Shown here in pieces: positions 18,746-27,059 of a DNA stretch of 41,761 bases; position 1 is the stretch's first letter, and each line of letters begins with the position of its first letter. The position numbers and the translations under genes are program-made. The notes beneath the pieces were generated by a model. It saw only the letters and a program-made list of their open reading frames with translations. It did no database searches and had not been told where the DNA came from. The DNA is from Nanobdellota archaeon (lineage in GTDB: Archaea > Nanobdellota > Nanobdellia > Woesearchaeales > GW2011-AR4), in contig JADFJW010000003.1 of the NCBI GenBank assembly GCA_022565235.1, positions 1-41,761 of the forward strand. The letters are read 5' to 3'.

Positions 18746-20725
18746 CTATCTAATCTTACCATTTTTAACCTTCTCAACAGAAACAGCTTCTTTGTCTGTC
18801 TTTAATTCCAAGTCATTGAATAGGACTTTTCCTTCTTTCACCTCAATCTTTATTTTCTGGAAATTGTCAAAACTTAATCCTTTGCTGGAATTTTTTAGAT
18901 TTCCTGCTTTAACCTCATCCCCCGGTTTTGAATCCTTAACAGTCAATACTCCTACGGTTCCATTATCCTCCCCTGCCAATAACATTCCCTGGCTTTCTAT
19001 ACCCCTTAACTTAGCATGCTTTAAGTTCGTTATAACAATTATTTTTTTATTTTTCAATTGATCTTTGGAATAATGTCCCTTAAGGCCAGCAACCAATTGC
19101 CTTTTCTCTTTTCCAAGATTAATCTGCAGTACATATAGCCTATCAGCATCCGGATGATCCTTAACTTCAACTATTTCTGCAACTTTCAGATTTAGCGGAA
19201 AAAATTCTTCCTCGCTTTCCTCAATCTTCTTGACTAGAATCTCCTGTTTTCCGATCTTATGGTTCTTTAGATCAAAACCAAGGTCTTTCCATCTTAAATT
19301 CTTTAAATTTAGTTGTTTTTGCAGGTTTTCGGAGAATTGCGGCAATATGGGTTGTGTTAGAATACCAAGATTTCTTGCGATATTGATGCATAATCCGCAG
19401 ATTTCTTGCACTTTATCTTTATCATTCTTGATCAAAGCCCAAGGCTCATTTTTCTGGAAATATCTATTCCCTATATCTGATATCAATAATATTTCATTAA
19501 CAACTTCATTAAAATTAAAATTTTCATAGCCTTCTTTTATTTTTTTTACTTTCTTATTTATCTCATCTATTATCTTTTTGTCATTATCTATTGTTTTTAT
19601 CTTTCCATTGAAATTCTTATTGACAAAACTTATTATCCTGTAGCAGAAATTCCCAAGATTCCCGACTAATTCGTTGTTTATTCTTTCTATTACCAGATTT
19701 TCAGAATACTCCCCATCACCATCAATGGGCATAGCTCCGACTATATAAAACCTGAATGGATCAACACCATACTTTTCTATCTGCTCAAATGGCTCAACTA
19801 CATTGCCCGTGGATTTGCTCATTTTTGCCCCTTTTGATAATATGAATCCGTGGACAAATAATTGCTTAGGCAGCGCAATTTTCGCAGACAGCAGCATAGC
19901 AGGCCAGAAAGCAGCATGAAACCGTATTATGTCTTTTCCGATAATGTGGATATCTGCTGGCCATATCTGCTTGAATTTTTTTTTATCTTTTCCGTAGCCT
20001 ATGCCAGTTATATAATTTGACAAAGCATCGCACCATACATACATCACCTGCGTGTTATCTCCTGGAACTGGGATGCCCCATGGCAATGATTTTTTAGGCC
20101 TTGAAAAGCTGATGTCTTTGGCATCTTTCAGGAAAGATAAAATTTCATTTTTTCTTATCTCTGGGAAAACTTTATACTCGTCAGATTTTATTCTTTTTGC
20201 GACCTCTTCCTTGTATTTAGAGAGTTTAAAAAAGTAGTTTTCTTCTTCAATTACCTCAATTTCTCTTGTTGGGTGATCAGCACATTTTCCGTTTTCAAGA
20301 TCTTTTCCTGTTTTAAATGACTCACAACCTGTGCAATACAGCCCTTTGTAGTTTTTCTTGTAGATATCCCCTGCTTTAACTAGTTCTTTCCATAGTTTTA
20401 TAGCGCCGGGATAATGAATTTTCTTATCAGAAGTCCTTATGAAATAATCATTAGAGATATTTAATTTTTTGTATAAGTCCTTGAAAATTTTGACGTTTGC
20501 ATCAAGAAAATCCTTAATGTCTTTCCCCTCTTTTTGAGCGGTTTGCCAGTTCTTATTCCCATGCTCATCCGTACCGGTCTGGAAAAATACATCTTTTCCC
20601 AATGATCTATAGAAACGCGCAATAACATCTGCTTGTACGATCTCCAGAGCATGGCCTAGATGAGGCACCGAATTTGGATATGCAATAGCTGTAGTTATGT
20701 AAAATTTCTTAGTTAGTTTAACCAC
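18746..20725 (-). CDS. metG: Methionyl-tRNA synthetase with C-terminal tRNA-binding OB domain
   Basis: YITTAIAYPN..PHLGH, GTDEHG, YVWCDAL, GKDIIRFH, KMSKS; C-terminal HPDADRL...RGIESQGMLLA. GTG start. Confidence 0.96.
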   Translation of the reverse strand: MVKLTKKFYITTAIAYPNSVPHLGHALEIVQADVIARFYRSLGKDVFFQTGTDEHGNKNWQTAQKEGKDIKDFLDANVKIFKDLYKKLNISNDYFIRTSDKKIHYPGAIKLWKELVKAGDIYKKNYKGLYCTGCESFKTGKDLENGKCADHPTREIEVIEEENYFFKLSKYKEEVAKRIKSDEYKVFPEIRKNEILSFLKDAKDISFSRPKKSLPWGIPVPGDNTQVMYVWCDALSNYITGIGYGKDKKKFKQIWPADIHIIGKDIIRFHAAFWPAMLLSAKIALPKQLFVHGFILSKGAKMSKSTGNVVEPFEQIEKYGVDPFRFYIVGAMPIDGDGEYSENLVIERINNELVGNLGNFCYRIISFVNKNFNGKIKTIDNDKKIIDEINKKVKKIKEGYENFNFNEVVNEILLISDIGNRYFQKNEPWALIKNDKDKVQEICGLCINIARNLGILTQPILPQFSENLQKQLNLKNLRWKDLGFDLKNHKIGKQEILVKKIEESEEEFFPLNLKVAEIVEVKDHPDADRLYVLQINLGKEKRQLVAGLKGHYSKDQLKNKKIIVITNLKHAKLRGIESQGMLLAGEDNGTVGVLTVKDSKPGDEVKAGNLKNSSKGLSFDNFQKIKIEVKEGKVLFNDLELKTDKEAVSVEKVKNGKIR

Positions 20726-20788
20726 TTATAGAAATAGAAAAAGTTTAGGTTTAAAAAGATTATTATTAATCCGGTATGTCAATAACCT

Positions 20789-21190
20789 TTATTTCTTCTT
20801 CTTGCTCTTCTTCATCTTCTTAGTAATCCCTATCTTCTTGTTGCATTTGCCGCATTCAAATACATAAGAAGGAACTCCTTCAAAAGTTTTTCTTGCATAT
20901 TCTGTTGTGGCTTCTCCTTCATTCCCGCAATGAGGGCATTTATACTGGATTTCTACTTTTAATTTAGACTCAGTTTCTTCATTTGGCTCTTGATATTTAC
21001 ACTTAGAGCATTCATAAACATCAGCTTTCTTGTCTACTTTACCATTTTTTTTGATTGGTTTTCCTACTGTAGGAGTATTGCACTTTGGACAGGTTCCCCT
21101 GTAGACCCATGCTGTTGCAAAGCCTTCTCCAATAGACCTGTTTGTAAAGTAAAGGCATTCTTCCATGCTGTTTGGTTTCTTTAAAGCCAT
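20789..21190 (-). CDS. Small multi-Zn-ribbon protein
   Basis: Four CxxC pairs (CPKC, CSKC, CPHC, CGKC) and a Lys-rich tail. Confidence 0.75.
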   Translation of the reverse strand: MALKKPNSMEECLYFTNRSIGEGFATAWVYRGTCPKCNTPTVGKPIKKNGKVDKKADVYECSKCKYQEPNEETESKLKVEIQYKCPHCGNEGEATTEYARKTFEGVPSYVFECGKCNKKIGITKKMKKSKKKK

Positions 21191-21191
21191 T

Positions 21192-21782
21192 TTAAATAGT
21201 TATATTGAGCTCTTTTATCTGCTCTTTGCAAAAACCCCTGATAATTTTTGAGTCTCTTACTGCTTTGTCTTCAACTTGTTGATATGCTGCATTAAGGAAA
21301 ATTACATCTATTTGCGTCAGATTTACGCTTTTTGCTTCATTAGGAAATTCGTCTACAAGCAGTTGTAGGGCTTCCAAGGACTCATAGCCTTTATAGGCTG
21401 AACTGTTCCTTATTTTTGACGAATTAAGAATGCGGGCAGAGCCTTTTCTGCACCCAAAGCCCCAGTCAGTTGTGCTTCCCCTGCCCCATTGCCACCCTTC
21501 TATATGCAGCTTTTCTGCTTCCAGGCTTTTTATTCTGAAATCCAGCAAATATTCAAGAGCTTTCGTAGTGTCCTCATTAGCAACTCCAAATCCTACCAGC
21601 TGCACAAGAAGCTCATCTATCTGCTCTTCAGAACCGGGAATAGATTTCATGTTAGTGTCAAATTTATCATCTATTTCATTTATTCTCTTAACTCCTTTTT
21701 TGAAAGAAGCATCTATGAGGCTGGTGCATCCATATAGGATTACCAAAAGGAATAAAATGCCAAAAATTATTGTTTTATTCAA
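21192..21782 (-). CDS. Putative lipoprotein / secreted hypothetical protein
   Basis: Signal peptide ending in lipobox-like ILYGC; overlaps the upstream gene stop. Confidence 0.65.
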   Translation of the reverse strand: MNKTIIFGILFLLVILYGCTSLIDASFKKGVKRINEIDDKFDTNMKSIPGSEEQIDELLVQLVGFGVANEDTTKALEYLLDFRIKSLEAEKLHIEGWQWGRGSTTDWGFGCRKGSARILNSSKIRNSSAYKGYESLEALQLLVDEFPNEAKSVNLTQIDVIFLNAAYQQVEDKAVRDSKIIRGFCKEQIKELNITI

Positions 21783-22587
21783 GTCTCTTCACCTCAATAC
21801 TTATTGCATTCTCGTTAACCCTTATAAATCTTGGGCATTCGACAAACTCATATTTATTCTTTTCGCAATAATCAATCATCCTGTTTTTTTCCTCTTCACT
21901 GCCAAACCCTATTATGACGTTGATGCCATTCCTGTTTTTATGTAGGATGTTTAATTTTTTTAGATCACTTTTAATTTTTCCATTTATTTTTTCAAAGAAA
22001 TCATACCTGCTTTTTAAATCTGTCAGTTTTTTATATAAAGCGCTATAATATCCCTTCTCAAATGTTAGATTTTCTAAATATTTTTTATCTTCTGATGTAC
22101 TGCTATTAATTGAAATAAAGCCGCCATACTCCAGATTAACTGGCTTCCATTTACCAAAGCTGCACACAATTATATCTGCATAACCTCCATGATAAAAATC
22201 GGATCCAATGCACCCGGTAACATCTAAGATGACCATAACCCCCTTATCTTTACAAATTTCATAAATCTCTTTTACAGGCTGCTCAGCATAATACCCGGCC
22301 GGATTTGAATAGATTATCGTAGACATATCCTTTGCATCTTCCTTCAAAGACTTCAGGTCTATCACTCCCATATCGGTTTTTAAATTTTTTACCTCAAGTT
22401 TCAGCTTATTCGCGTACTGAGAGTAAGTTATCCATCCGCCTTGGTCGGGAATCAATATTCTTCCATCAGGATATTTTTCCTTTACTATCCTCAAAGCTGT
22501 TAAAATAGCCTTGTTGCCCCTTTCAGCCAGAAAAACATTATCCTGTTTAGTATATCCTTTAAGAATATCAATTATTTTATTTTCCAT
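21775..22587 (-). CDS. Fold-type I PLP-dependent enzyme (DegT/aminotransferase-like)
   Basis: RGNKAI, IPDQGGW, NPAGY, ILDVTG and SFGKWKP (candidate PLP lysine). Confidence 0.7.
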   Translation of the reverse strand: MENKIIDILKGYTKQDNVFLAERGNKAILTALRIVKEKYPDGRILIPDQGGWITYSQYANKLKLEVKNLKTDMGVIDLKSLKEDAKDMSTIIYSNPAGYYAEQPVKEIYEICKDKGVMVILDVTGCIGSDFYHGGYADIIVCSFGKWKPVNLEYGGFISINSSTSEDKKYLENLTFEKGYYSALYKKLTDLKSRYDFFEKINGKIKSDLKKLNILHKNRNGINVIIGFGSEEEKNRMIDYCEKNKYEFVECPRFIRVNENAISIEVKRLE

Positions 22588-22673
22588 TACCTGAAGAATT
22601 TTATCTGGATATTTAAATGATTACAATTTATAATAACAAAACTAATATAAATAATGGCCTTTTTCAGATATAT

Positions 22674-23168
22674 ATGCAATTTTACAGTTCAATAGCAAAA
22701 GGCTATGATGAGCTTTATTCAGAAGAGCAGCAAATCAAGCATAGGATAATAAAAGAGAACCTAAAGATCAAGAATTCTGATTTTCTCCTTGATGTAGGAT
22801 GCGGAACCGGATTATTGGATTTTAATTGCAATGTTATCGGGTTAGATCCATCATTGGATCTCCTAATGCAAAATAATCCTTTGGGTCATATCGAAAATAA
22901 AATAGTGGCTCGTGCCGAAAATATGCCGTTTAAGGACAATTCATTCGATAAGGTAATATCGGTGACATCTATGCACAATTTCGACAGTATAGGCAAGGGA
23001 ATCCAGGAGATAAAACGAGTAGGTAAAAATGAGTTCGCCTTCAGCATCTTGAAAAAAACGAAGAATTTTGATTTAATTGAAGAGAAAATAAAAAATAATT
23101 TTAATATCCGAAAAATAATTGATGGTAAAAAGGACTGGATTTTTATTTGTAGTAAGATTTTTAAATAA
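22674..23168 (+). CDS. Class I SAM-dependent methyltransferase
   Basis: YDELY, LLDVGCGTG, GLDPS and AENMPFKDNSFD. ATG at 22674 preferred over 22617. Confidence 0.85.
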   Translation: MQFYSSIAKGYDELYSEEQQIKHRIIKENLKIKNSDFLLDVGCGTGLLDFNCNVIGLDPSLDLLMQNNPLGHIENKIVARAENMPFKDNSFDKVISVTSMHNFDSIGKGIQEIKRVGKNEFAFSILKKTKNFDLIEEKIKNNFNIRKIIDGKKDWIFICSKIFK

Positions 23169-23188
23169 CTGATTACTTTCTAAATATA

Positions 23189-23393
23189 CCCCACCTAGCT
23201 CAACGGTAGAGTGTTCGGCTGTAGGTAAAATCCACTATTCGACTAAGCTTTATGCTAATGGATGAAGAATAGATAGCTGATCCCGAAAGGTTGCTGGTTC
23301 AAAACAGCTTTTTTGCTTCCGCAAAAAACCTGGGAAAAACAGGGATTTTGCTACGCAAAATCAAAAAAGCTGATGAAAGTCCGGCGGTGGGGA
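23189..23393 (+). tRNA. tRNA-Tyr(GTA) with two introns (~23225-23281 in the anticodon loop; 23304-23379 at 59/60)
   Basis: Acceptor CCCCACC/GGTGGGG+A (C1:G72, A73 archaeal Tyr identity), D-stem GCTC/GAGT, anticodon stem TTCGG/CCGAA with CT-GTA-G, T-stem GCTGG/CCGGC, TTCAAA|T loop. TATA TTTAAATA upstream; CCA not encoded. Confidence 0.88.
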
Positions 23394-23402
23394 TCAATTC
23401 TT

Positions 23403-24431
23403 TTAAGTAATCAGCCCAGAGAAAACAAAACCTAAAACATTCATAAAGATAAAATACATGGTCAAAGAACCGATCAAAAAAATTGGTATATACTTTAAAC
23501 CGCTTTTAATATTGCCTTTTTCTACAGTAGAGACAATAAGCGAAGAGAAGAATGATATTACCACTAAAGACAATATTGAGAACATTTTGAAATTATTAGG
23601 ATCTACAGAGACCTGGGTAATAGTTAAGGGCAAAGTTCCTACAGTGCTCGTTGCAGCCGCAACTCGGGATACAAAACCAAGGATAACTATCAAAAGATGG
23701 AATGATAAAGAGAAAAGCAAAGGCGCAATAACAATTACTATCGCCCCTATAAAGATAGTGTAGCCTACAGCTGAAGCGGATATTTCTTCCTTCAGGACTT
23801 TCACTTCCCTGATATTTTCAACTATCCGGTCTATCAAGTCGGCTATTTGGCCTCCGCCTTCAATCTCGCTTATCATCAGGTCAATCGTCCTTTTCAGCAT
23901 CGGGCTGTCGTATTTCTGTCCAAGTTCGGATAATGCCTTGCCAACTTCATGGCCGGTCATTACTTTTTTTGACACCTCTGCCATCTCATTTGCCAGTACA
24001 TCAAATCTTGGATTGATAGATCCAAGCAAAGCATTCTCAAATGACATGCCCCCTTTTAAATTAGACGATACAACCTGCAAAAATTCCGGCAACATTTCCT
24101 CCATTTTCTTTGTCCTGAAGAATATCTGCAAATCCACATAAAAATAAATCACCAGAATGATAAAAGTTGCCAGCAGGGTCTGAATTACAAACCAGGATAG
24201 TGCAGATGCAGCTAACACAATCAACTGGGAGTATTGCAGAAGAAAGGGGTATACAAAGAGCAGATAGATAATTGCAGTTATGAGCGTTGTAAGGTAAAAT
24301 AATGCCCCAAAGAATTTGTAAGGGACGCGCGGAATGCCTGCTTTTAGCAGAAACATCCTTAAATGAGGTATAGCCCTTTTTGGCACGAATGCTTTGCCGA
24401 ATTCTTCCAAAAATATGATTCTAAATGCCAT
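23403..24431 (-). CDS. Type II secretion F / TadC-like pilus platform membrane protein
   Basis: MEEMLPEFLQVVSSNLKGGMSFENAL and KYDSPMLKR; multi-TM; downstream of the secretion ATPase. Confidence 0.88.
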   Translation of the reverse strand: MAFRIIFLEEFGKAFVPKRAIPHLRMFLLKAGIPRVPYKFFGALFYLTTLITAIIYLLFVYPFLLQYSQLIVLAASALSWFVIQTLLATFIILVIYFYVDLQIFFRTKKMEEMLPEFLQVVSSNLKGGMSFENALLGSINPRFDVLANEMAEVSKKVMTGHEVGKALSELGQKYDSPMLKRTIDLMISEIEGGGQIADLIDRIVENIREVKVLKEEISASAVGYTIFIGAIVIVIAPLLFSLSFHLLIVILGFVSRVAAATSTVGTLPLTITQVSVDPNNFKMFSILSLVVISFFSSLIVSTVEKGNIKSGLKYIPIFLIGSLTMYFIFMNVLGFVFSGLIT

Positions 24432-24435
24432 TTTC

Positions 24436-25260
24436 TTACAAATTTACGGTTGGTTTCACTGTATTAAACACAGACAAAAATAATAATTGCACTATAATCA
24501 TAAACACAACTGCAATTAGAAAGTGAGTCATGGTTATGCTAAAGTTAATGAAGCTTGATAGTACAATAAATAAGGTCATGCCTATAGAGGGTATTACCAC
24601 TGCAATCAGCATGTAAAAAATAACAATAGTGTTCAGTTTTTTCCCATATCTCTTAATCTCGATGTTTTGTTCGTCCCTTATCTCATCCAAAACAGCCCTT
24701 AATGGTTTTGTAACGTCAATTCCAAGCTTCAATGCATTGTTTACATGGAATAATATTTTCCTGAATTTTTCTGATGGGGAATATACCATAGCACTTTCCA
24801 GTGCCTTCTCCAGAGAACTCCCGGTGCTTATATCATCGACTATCTCCTTCATGTATTTTGCCGCAACCCCATAACTCTTGCTTGTATAAATCAAGGCGTT
24901 AAGTATGGGCCTGCCCGAATAAAGCTGGATAAGCAGGTATTGACCTACAAATAAAACTTCTCTGTCTATCTCCTTCTGCCTTTGGACTATTTTTGCTTTA
25001 AGCTTCAAAAATGCAAACCTGAATACTGATATGAAGATGACGATGAATGCGACTGGAATTAAGATCAGGGGAAGTCCTGCTTTATCCACTATGAAAAAAA
25101 AAAGAATTGTAAGCCCTAATGAGAATGGCAAAGAAAATTTCAGGCTTTTATAAACAAATTCCTGCGGAGTTGTTTTTATATGGGCAATCCTAAGCTCCTT
25201 TTTTAGGTCTGGAAAAGATGAACTTATCCTTTGCACCAGCTTGTTTATAGCTATTCCCAT
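24436..25260 (-). CDS. Type II secretion F / TadB-TadC-like platform protein
   Basis: EIDREVLF, SGRPILNAL, GSSLEKALESAM..SPSEKFR and TM helices. Confidence 0.85.
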   Translation of the reverse strand: MGIAINKLVQRISSSFPDLKKELRIAHIKTTPQEFVYKSLKFSLPFSLGLTILFFFIVDKAGLPLILIPVAFIVIFISVFRFAFLKLKAKIVQRQKEIDREVLFVGQYLLIQLYSGRPILNALIYTSKSYGVAAKYMKEIVDDISTGSSLEKALESAMVYSPSEKFRKILFHVNNALKLGIDVTKPLRAVLDEIRDEQNIEIKRYGKKLNTIVIFYMLIAVVIPSIGMTLFIVLSSFINFSITMTHFLIAVVFMIIVQLLFLSVFNTVKPTVNL

Positions 25261-25262
25261 CT

Positions 25263-26717
25263 TTATACAACTTGCTTAAAAGGTTTTTTCGCATAGTATT
25301 TAGACATGATAATCCCTATTTTGTTAATATCGGTTATATTATTCTTCATCATCCATTTTAAAATATCAATCTTTTCATCGATATCTTCCATAATTTTTTC
25401 CTTTGAAAGCCCCATGTAGAGATTTAACGTTTCAAACATAGTAGTTGGTTCGTCGACCTTCATGAGAGTGTCTTTCATCACATCGAGTTGCATAATTGGC
25501 TTTGCATCGCCATTATGCATCACCTCCCCTATTTGCAATGTTCTTCTTCTTCCATTTCTCCTGTCTATATGCTGCACCACTATTAATGACAAAGCTGAGA
25601 GCATCTGTTTGGGAAGGCCTATGGGCGGCTGTGTCAGCCTGTTTATGGTTTCCCTTACATTGTTTGCATGCAAAGTTCCATAAACGCTATGGCCGGTGTG
25701 CATCGCCTCAAAAAGAACCTCTGCTTCTGCTTTTCTTCTTATTTCTCCTATAAGAATCCTGTCAGGCCTCATTCTCAATGAATTTATAATCAAATCAAGC
25801 ATACTAATGCCTCCCTTCCCTTCTGGATTTGGAAGCCTGGTTTCTAACGGTACCCAATGGAGGCTATCTGGGAGCATTAACTCGCGGGTATCCTCCAAAG
25901 ATATTATTCTCTGGTTAGGCGGGAAAAAATTCGAGATAACATTTAGCATAGATGTCTTACCGCTGGCCGTACCTCCTGAAATGATGATGGAAAGCTCATT
26001 TTGTACAGCCATCCACAAAATAGCAGCTGCTTCGTATGATATGCTTTTTTCTTTAATGAAATCTATTATTGTCCATGGCTTTACCGCGAACTTCCTTATT
26101 GTTATTGTATTGCCCTTTGATGATATCGGGCTTAGGGTTGCATTTACTCTGTCTCCTGTCTTTAGATGCGCATCCATCAAAGGATTTAAGACTGTTATCT
26201 CTTTACCGACATCCCTCCCTATAATCGTTGAGTAATACCTTATTCTTTCTTCATTGGTGATTCTTATATTTGTCTTGAGCCAGCCGTGTTTCCTGTGATA
26301 AACCCAGACTAACTCATGTGCATTATTGACCACAATCTCCTCGAGATTTTCGTCTTTAAGCAGTATTTCAATATCACCTAGCCCTATATTCTGCTGCAGG
26401 ATATAATTTATAAGCATGTCCATGGTTTTTTTATTTGCTGTAGGAAAGTACTTGCGCAGCAAAACCGCTATACCCTTTTTAAACCGGTTCTGTATATTTG
26501 ATGCTTCAAACGACTCCTCTTCAGGTGTTTTTGTCTGCTGCACAACAAACTCTTCCCTTATTTTTTCAAGAATAATCTTTGTAGTTTCGCTTATATTGGT
26601 TATAGAAATATTATAAATCGGAACAGGTTCACTTTCATCAGAATAAATGGAAATTCCTATTATTATGTCATTTACAGTTAACTCATAAGAATCCATTAGT
26701 TGTTTAGCAAGTGCCAA
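25263..26717 (-). CDS. Type IV pilus / secretion ATPase (TadA/CpaF/VirB11 family)
   Basis: LEEIVVN, GDRVNA, ITIRKF, Walker A GGTASGKT, EDTREL, LRMRPDRILIGEIR and HTGH..GTLHAN. TTG start with GAGGTG RBS. Confidence 0.94.
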   Translation of the reverse strand: MALAKQLMDSYELTVNDIIIGISIYSDESEPVPIYNISITNISETTKIILEKIREEFVVQQTKTPEEESFEASNIQNRFKKGIAVLLRKYFPTANKKTMDMLINYILQQNIGLGDIEILLKDENLEEIVVNNAHELVWVYHRKHGWLKTNIRITNEERIRYYSTIIGRDVGKEITVLNPLMDAHLKTGDRVNATLSPISSKGNTITIRKFAVKPWTIIDFIKEKSISYEAAAILWMAVQNELSIIISGGTASGKTSMLNVISNFFPPNQRIISLEDTRELMLPDSLHWVPLETRLPNPEGKGGISMLDLIINSLRMRPDRILIGEIRRKAEAEVLFEAMHTGHSVYGTLHANNVRETINRLTQPPIGLPKQMLSALSLIVVQHIDRRNGRRRTLQIGEVMHNGDAKPIMQLDVMKDTLMKVDEPTTMFETLNLYMGLSKEKIMEDIDEKIDILKWMMKNNITDINKIGIIMSKYYAKKPFKQVV

Positions 26718-26737
26718 TTTCCACCTCTTTTTTATTC

Positions 26738-26867
26738 TATGGTGGCGGAACTAAATAATCTAGCAATAATTTCAATCTCTGATTGAAATCTACGAACAAC
26801 ATTGAGTATGTTATTCCGCCACTGTGTTAGAGAACACAAGCTATTTTACTTAATTATTTGTGTTCTC
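26738..26867 (-). promoter_or_regulatory. Structured putative 5' leader of the pilus operon
   Basis: Inverted repeats GTGGCGGAA/TTCCGCCAC, ATTTCAATC/GATTGAAAT and GAGAACACAA/TTGTGTTCTC lie between a minus-strand TATA (~26907-14) and the ATPase RBS. Confidence 0.5.
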
Positions 26868-27059
26868 CGCTATAATATCTGATATTATCAATTATTTTAT
26901 TGATTGTTTTTAAATTTTGTTAATTATGTCAAAGAATAAACTTAATTATGGGCTAAAATTATGATGTACATGGGTGGGCACCGAACCGCACGAGCGAAGT
27001 GTGACGCGTGCTCTGTCGTAAAGAACTGGTGGGAGGTTGAAAATTTCTCGAAGTGAAAT

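Noticed and set aside
23370-23379. CTGATGA as a hammerhead ribozyme core
   Set aside because: No properly placed stem II-GAAA; the Gly intron has ACGATGA; TGAA is explained by pairing with the T-loop.
26740-26822. Cloverleaf-like fold ending in CCA as a third tRNA
   Set aside because: No TTC T-loop, D-loop GG or 7-nt anticodon loop; kept only as a structured leader.
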